Source: an uncultured bacterium
Lineage (GTDB): Bacteria > Hydrogenedentota > Hydrogenedentia > Hydrogenedentales > JAEUWI01
Direction of reading: 5' to 3'
DNA length: 10,586 nucleotides
Assembly (NCBI GenBank): GCA_963977445.1
Contig: CAXBPH010000243.1
Location: 1-10,586 of the forward strand
The first letter of the stretch is position 1. Every line of letters starts with the position of its first letter. This document shows positions 5,557-10,586 of this stretch, piece after piece. The position numbers and the translations under genes were made by a program. The notes under the pieces are model-generated. The model did no database searches. It was not told where the DNA came from and was given only the letters and a program-made list of their open reading frames with translations.

Positions 5557-8499
5557 TTGCTACGTGTATTTAATATTCCCAAGCCCCTTCCTGCGTCCCT
5601 TTTCTCGGTGCTGGTCATCGGGCTGGCATGTTTGCCCAGCCATTCCGAAGACTGGCCCATGTGGCGTCATGACGCGAGCCGGAGCAACCACACATCGGAG
5701 GCGCTCTCCTCGGAACAGCACCTCCAGTGGAAGCGTCAATTACCACCGGTTGCACCGGCCTTCCACAAGGCGCGCCTCCAGTTCGACGGGGGCTACGAGC
5801 CCATTATTGCCGGGAACTCCCTTTTCGTCGCCCAGCCCGATGTCGATGCCGTCGTGTCCTACGCCTTGGATTCGGGTGAGGAGCAGTGGCGCTTTTATGC
5901 GGAGGGCCCCGTTCGCCTCGCCCCCGTGGCGTGGGAGGGAAATCTCTACGTCGGGTCCGATGATGGCAATCTCTATTGTCTCGACGCCATTACGGGCACC
6001 GAGCAGTGGAAGTTTCGCGCCGTGCCCGCCAGTCGGAAGATTTTCGGCAATGGCCGCCTCATCTCGGTGTGGCCCCTGCGCGGTGGTCCGGTCCTGGCAG
6101 ACGGCACGATCTATTTCGCGGCGGGCGTGTGGCCCTTGGAAGGCGTCTTCGTCTACGCACTCGACGCAACAACGGGCGCGGTAAAGTGGGTGAACGATCG
6201 CTGTGGTTCCCTCTTTGGTCAGACGCCCCACGGTGGGCAGGCCATAGGTGGTCTCACACCCCAGGGCTATCTGCTCGTGAATGGCGACGACCTTGTGGTC
6301 CCCTGTGGCACAGCCAAACCCGCCACCTTAAACCGCCACACGGGAGAACTCATCGACTTCAAGCTTCCCGGCGAGGGGCGTGCGCCGGGCGGTTGGTTCA
6401 TGATGGCAGATACCCAGGAAGCCCGGGATATCCGCCGGGGCATCGTTCAGTTTGATAGCGAGGTCAATCAAGACCTGCATGAAGACAAGCCCCAACCAGG
6501 CGACGGTGTGCCCGGCATTCGCCGTCAGCTTCGCGTTGGGGAGGTTACGATGTCGTATGGGGACGGAATAGACGGGGTCGAAGGCACCATTCATAGTATG
6601 GCGACGGCGGGGGGCCGTCTTGTCGTGACCACCCTGGAAGGGGCGATCTATTGCTTTGGCGACGGCCCTGCCGATCCACAGACCTACCCCATGGCCGCGC
6701 CCGCTGCAGAGGAATCGGCGCTTACTCCTTCCGTCACCGCTGCATTGGATGCCCTGAGCGTTAAGGAAGGATACGCCCTTGTTCTGGGTACGGATAACGA
6801 AGACGTGGCCCGTCAGCTGGCGGCCCATAGTGCGCTCCGCATTTTGGTTGCACTTCCCCAGGCAGAAGCAGCAGCGGGGGAGCTCCGCCGACAGTTGGAC
6901 CAGGAAGGACTACTGAACAAGCCCATTTCCGTGCTGGAAGGTGACCTGCTTCAGTTGTCTCTGCCGCCCTATTTTGCCGACCTCATTGTGGTGGAGAATG
7001 AGGCCCTCGTCGATTGGAACGATGACAGTCTCGTTGCCGTGTATGCGTGCCTCCGGCCCTACGGCGGCGTGGCCTGTCTTCCCCTGTCCCCCGATCGGGA
7101 TGGCGCCCTTCGAAGTGCCTTGGACGACGCCGGATACACCGAGGCAACCATAAAGCGCGACGGGGCGACGGTGTATATTCGCCGGGAGGGTGCCTTGCCG
7201 GGTTCGGTGGACTACACCAAAGACTGGACCGCGCCCGATGCCCTGGTTCGGGCGCCCCTGGGTATATTGTGGTATGACGACTCGGTCGCCCATTTTAAGC
7301 GTGCCCCCCAACCCTATATTCTCGGTGGCGTCATGGTGTCCCGGGATAAAGCGTGGACTGGCGAGCGGGTTACGGCGGGGCCGGTGAATCAATTGCAGGA
7401 AGACGGTACGGGGCGATTCGCCATCGGGGAGGCGCGGTTTACGGATGTCTACACCGGGCGCGTCATGACCGGCGAAGAGGCAGCGGCACGGATGGGCCCG
7501 GCACCGGAAGGGCCCAAGGAAGACTTCCGCCCGCCCTACCAATACCGTCCCCCCTATGTGGACGCCTACTATGCCGCGCACAAGGCCAAGGGGACCAATC
7601 CCGGCGTTTTTCCCTTTCTGGTGCCGCGGGAAAAGGGCGAAATGGTGAATCCCATCACGGGCGAGACCGAGACGCGGCGCTATGTAAAGAGCTATGGTTG
7701 CGACGGCGGCAATGACTATGGCCATTTAATTACCATGCGCTCGGCCACACCGGCCTTCTATGACAAGCGCATCGAGAGCGGAACCATCAACATCAGTGGT
7801 CCCCGTTCCGGCTGCACCAACAGTATTATTCCCGCCAACGGCGTCCTCAATATGCCCTACTTCTACGACGGCTGTGTGTGCAGTTATCCCCTGCCCACCG
7901 GCGCGTCGCTGGTCTCCATGCCCCAGACCTTTGAGCAATGGACGGCCTGGGGACCGGGTGCGGTTGGGCCTATGGCACGCATTGGCATTAACTTCGGCGC
8001 GCCCGGCGATCGCATGACCACGGCAGGCACGCTCTTCGTCGACTACCCCAGCGTGGGTGGGCCTTCTCCCGAAATTGGGATAACGACCGTGCCAGAAAAT
8101 CCCAAATACTTTTATCACCACACGGTGTTCAGTGAAGGGGGTACGGGATGGCCCTGGGTCACGAGTTCCAGCGTGGAAGGCCTCACCTCCTTGCAGGTCA
8201 CGGGACTTAAATCGGGTAACTTTACGGTCCGTCTTTATTTTGCCGAAGCCGAAGAGACTCCCGTCGGTGCCCGGGTTTTCAACGTGAAACTGCAAGGTGA
8301 AACGGTGTTGGAGCACTTCGACATCGTCGCCGATGGAGGTGGGACCCGGAAAGGGGTCGTGAAGGAGTTCACGGAGGTCGCCATTGACGGAAACTGCGAG
8401 ATTACCCTCGAATCCGTGGAGGGGACAACCCTTCTCAGCGGTATCGAATTGGTGTTGGCTGGCCTGCCACTTGACCAGACCGTAGTCGCAACGCGATAG
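5557..8499 (+). CDS. Exported PQQ-binding-like (BamB-type) beta-propeller protein with a degenerate class I methyltransferase-like domain and a C-terminal malectin domain
   Basis: Signal peptide followed by 'EDWPMWRHDASRS'. Repeated propeller blades 'YALDSGEEQWRF', 'LYCLDAITGTEQWKF', 'YALDATTGAVKW'. MTase-like 'GYALVLG...PPYFADLIV...LRPYGG'. Malectin 'FTVRLYFAE...GARVFNVKLQGETVLEHFDIV'. The TTG start is uncertain. Confidence 0.85.
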   Translation: MLRVFNIPKPLPASLFSVLVIGLACLPSHSEDWPMWRHDASRSNHTSEALSSEQHLQWKRQLPPVAPAFHKARLQFDGGYEPIIAGNSLFVAQPDVDAVVSYALDSGEEQWRFYAEGPVRLAPVAWEGNLYVGSDDGNLYCLDAITGTEQWKFRAVPASRKIFGNGRLISVWPLRGGPVLADGTIYFAAGVWPLEGVFVYALDATTGAVKWVNDRCGSLFGQTPHGGQAIGGLTPQGYLLVNGDDLVVPCGTAKPATLNRHTGELIDFKLPGEGRAPGGWFMMADTQEARDIRRGIVQFDSEVNQDLHEDKPQPGDGVPGIRRQLRVGEVTMSYGDGIDGVEGTIHSMATAGGRLVVTTLEGAIYCFGDGPADPQTYPMAAPAAEESALTPSVTAALDALSVKEGYALVLGTDNEDVARQLAAHSALRILVALPQAEAAAGELRRQLDQEGLLNKPISVLEGDLLQLSLPPYFADLIVVENEALVDWNDDSLVAVYACLRPYGGVACLPLSPDRDGALRSALDDAGYTEATIKRDGATVYIRREGALPGSVDYTKDWTAPDALVRAPLGILWYDDSVAHFKRAPQPYILGGVMVSRDKAWTGERVTAGPVNQLQEDGTGRFAIGEARFTDVYTGRVMTGEEAAARMGPAPEGPKEDFRPPYQYRPPYVDAYYAAHKAKGTNPGVFPFLVPREKGEMVNPITGETETRRYVKSYGCDGGNDYGHLITMRSATPAFYDKRIESGTINISGPRSGCTNSIIPANGVLNMPYFYDGCVCSYPLPTGASLVSMPQTFEQWTAWGPGAVGPMARIGINFGAPGDRMTTAGTLFVDYPSVGGPSPEIGITTVPENPKYFYHHTVFSEGGTGWPWVTSSSVEGLTSLQVTGLKSGNFTVRLYFAEAEETPVGARVFNVKLQGETVLEHFDIVADGGGTRKGVVKEFTEVAIDGNCEITLESVEGTTLLSGIELVLAGLPLDQTVVATR

Positions 8500-8537
8500 C
8501 GATCCGGGGGGTGTTTGTTTCGTATCGCAGCGTTGGA

Positions 8538-8546
8538 TGCTACTAT
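8538..8546 (+). promoter_or_regulatory. Extended -10 promoter candidate for the ThuA lipoprotein gene
   Basis: TGcTACTAT, the same TGcTACnAT form as upstream of mntA. Weak -35 TTTCGT at a 17-nt spacing. Confidence 0.4.
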
Positions 8547-8614
8547 GCTTTCATCGAAAAATTCACTCAAGTTTTGGTCCCGGCTGACCGAGCCTGAATC
8601 CATGCAAGCGAATA

Positions 8615-8644
8615 GGCGGGTAGCTGATTTTCGGGCTACCTGCC
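8615..8644 (+). other. GC-rich stem-loop in the intergenic region / 5' leader
   Basis: GGCGGGTAGC (8615-8624) pairs with GCTACCTGCC (8635-8644), giving 10 bp with one G-U and a 10-nt loop. No immediate U-tract. Confidence 0.6.
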
Positions 8645-8671
8645 ACCCATGGCATTTTTAAAGGAGAACCC

Positions 8672-9463
8672 ATGAAGAACCTTATTTGTAGAATGTTGGC
8701 GACCGTTGTCGTTTTGATCGCAATCGCGGGCTGCCAGAGTACAAACGCCGCTACCGGCGAGGTCAAACCTATCAAAGCGCTGCTTATTACCGGTGGGTGT
8801 TGCCATGATTACGATACCCAAACGAAGCTCCTGATAGCGGGCATTAAAAAATACGCCAATGTGGAGTTTGACGTCGTTCAGGAAGGCGAGGGCACCGAGC
8901 ACGTTCATTCCGTTTTTAAGCAGGAAAACTGGACCCGTGGCTATGACGTGGTCATTCACAATGAGTGTTCCGCGGACGTGGGCGATGAAGTGGGCAATGC
9001 GGTGGCCAAGGAACATTTTGAATCGGGAACCGGCGCGGTAATGATTCATTGCGCCTTTCACACCTTCCGAAAAATGGAGGGGGATGCGTGGCGCGCCACC
9101 CTGGGCGCGACGTCCAAGCGGCACACCCACCAGAAACCCATCACCGTGACCTTCGACGAGCCAACCCATCCGATTCTGGCCGGAACGGAAGAATTCACCA
9201 CGGGCGACGAAGAACTCTATATCATCGATAAGATATTTGAGCATTCCGTCCCGATTGCTACGGGCCACCAGGGGGAAAACGTTTATCCCCTCATGTTTGC
9301 CAATCAATACGGAAAGGCAAAAATATTCAGCGTCACCGTGGGACACAACACCGCTACCTTCGAAATTGAAGAGTGGATGCATATCGTGGCGAAGGGCCTG
9401 TTGTGGTCCTGCGATAAAATCAATGAAGACGGAACCGCTAAGGAAGGCTACGGCCCTCGGTAG
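8672..9463 (+). CDS. ThuA-like (trehalose utilisation, class I GATase-like fold) domain lipoprotein
   Basis: SD AAGGAG. Lipobox IAG-C. ThuA-type motifs 'KALLITGGCCHDY', 'YDVVIHN', 'GAVMIHCA', 'HPIL', 'DEELY' and 'YGKAKIFSVTVGH'. Confidence 0.85.
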   Translation: MKNLICRMLATVVVLIAIAGCQSTNAATGEVKPIKALLITGGCCHDYDTQTKLLIAGIKKYANVEFDVVQEGEGTEHVHSVFKQENWTRGYDVVIHNECSADVGDEVGNAVAKEHFESGTGAVMIHCAFHTFRKMEGDAWRATLGATSKRHTHQKPITVTFDEPTHPILAGTEEFTTGDEELYIIDKIFEHSVPIATGHQGENVYPLMFANQYGKAKIFSVTVGHNTATFEIEEWMHIVAKGLLWSCDKINEDGTAKEGYGPR

Positions 9464-9548
9464 CTTCGATGCGGAATACCTGTCCCGCCTTATCGCCAGA
9501 CACCATGCTGTTCCAGGAAATGGATAGTAACGCCAGGAAAGACCGGCA

Positions 9549-10529
9549 ATGAAGTTATACGCCATGCTATGTGTCGCCGCCACGCTCACGTTGGGCAGTG
9601 CAGCAACCGCCAACGAAAGCGCCCCCAGCGAAAAGCCCCGGGTGATCGTGTCCACCGACATCGGCGGCAGCGACCCCGATGACTTTCAGTCCATGGTCCA
9701 CTATCTGGTCTATGCTGACCGCTTCGATACCGAAGGGCTCATCAGTTCGCCCCCCGACAAGGGGCGGGCAACCCATATTCTGGAAGCCATCGCGGCCTAC
9801 GAAGGGGACTATCCGAATCTGCAACGCTGGTCCGCCGACTATCCCACGCCGGATGCCCTCCGGGCCGTGGTGTTGCAGGGAGCTATCGATCCCCAGCCGG
9901 ACGAGACACCGGGGGACACCATCAGCGACGGGGCGCGCCATCTCATCGAGCGGGCCCACGCCAAAGACGCCCGCCCCCTCTATGTGTTGGTCTGGGGTTC
10001 CATCACCGACGTGGCCCAAGCGGTCCACGCCGAACCCAGCATCAAAAAGTCGCTGCGCATCTATTTCATCGGCTCCTGGAATACCTCGATGGACAAAAAG
10101 GCCCGGGCCTATCTCTTTAACCACCATCCAGACCTTTGGTTCATAGAAAGTGACACCACCTTCCGGGGTATGTATATGGGCGGCAATCAGGACGGCGATC
10201 TGGGGAACGTGACCTTTCCCCAAGCCCATATTAAGGGCCACGGCCACCTGGGCGACCTCTTTATGAGCCAGAAGGCGGACATCAAAATGGGCGATACACC
10301 CACCGTGCTCTACATGCTCCACGGCGACCCCAACACGCCTGAAGCCGAGCACTGGGGTGGCGCCTTCGTTCGCCCCGACCCGGAGAATCGGCCTACGTAT
10401 TGGCACGACAACTCCGACCCCGCGTTGGCGGTGAAAGACAAGCGGGGTGCGGTCACGGTGAGCCGTTGGCGCGAAGACTTCCTCCGCGACTGGCAAACCC
10501 GTATGGAACGTCTGGTGGCGAAGAAATAG
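9549..10529 (+). CDS. Exported DUF1593 nucleoside-hydrolase-like domain protein (Sde_0182 NH-like family)
   Basis: Signal peptide (..GSAATA-N). DUF1593 signature 'PRVIVSTDIGGSDPDDFQSMVHYLVYADRFDTEGLISS', plus 'RPLYVLVWG', 'MGDTP' and 'WGG'. Confidence 0.85.
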   Translation: MKLYAMLCVAATLTLGSAATANESAPSEKPRVIVSTDIGGSDPDDFQSMVHYLVYADRFDTEGLISSPPDKGRATHILEAIAAYEGDYPNLQRWSADYPTPDALRAVVLQGAIDPQPDETPGDTISDGARHLIERAHAKDARPLYVLVWGSITDVAQAVHAEPSIKKSLRIYFIGSWNTSMDKKARAYLFNHHPDLWFIESDTTFRGMYMGGNQDGDLGNVTFPQAHIKGHGHLGDLFMSQKADIKMGDTPTVLYMLHGDPNTPEAEHWGGAFVRPDPENRPTYWHDNSDPALAVKDKRGAVTVSRWREDFLRDWQTRMERLVAKK

Positions 10530-10586
10530 TGCCGGGGACTGCACGAATGGCGCTTACTTAAGCGTAATCGGTTCTATTTATTGGTC

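Noticed and set aside
5459..8316. Alternative-frame and antisense ORFs inside the propeller gene (5459-6184, 5740-6231, 6328-6828, 6910-7725, 7726-8316)
   Set aside because: R/P/S- or H/G-rich off-frame translations with no motifs.
5557..8499. Annotation as BamB, Ser/Thr kinase AfsK or a true PQQ alcohol dehydrogenase
   Set aside because: Only generic propeller blades are shared. There are no kinase motifs, and the size and domain architecture do not fit these proteins.
8636..9661. 341-aa minus-strand ORF antisense to the ThuA gene
   Set aside because: It overlaps two well-supported plus-strand genes and has no family motifs.
9567..10544. 325-aa minus-strand ORF antisense to the DUF1593 gene
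   Set aside because: Shadow ORF fully overlapping a motif-supported gene, with no recognisable domain. Such ORFs are expected in high-GC codon-biased DNA.

Overview
GC-rich (~60%) bacterial window. The protein families and style resemble Planctomycetota/Verrucomicrobiota/Hydrogenedentota genomes, which is an inference. The left end is AT-richer (hand count 108/240 = 45% GC over 1-240). It holds an unlisted 31-codon lipoprotein-like ORF, followed by a complete MNT-HEPN (MntA/HepT, type VII) toxin-antitoxin pair with intact GSX10DXD and RX4HXY motifs. The rest looks like a carbohydrate-scavenging neighbourhood: a YidK-like sodium:solute symporter plus four exported proteins. These are a GH42-like multidomain protein on the minus strand, a PQQ-like beta-propeller/methyltransferase-like/malectin fusion, a ThuA-domain lipoprotein and a stand-alone DUF1593 nucleoside-hydrolase-like protein. 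I saw no rRNA, tRNA, CRISPR array, transposase or integrase. The strongest novelty candidates are the uncharacterised exported proteins, and all their functional calls are inferences from motifs.
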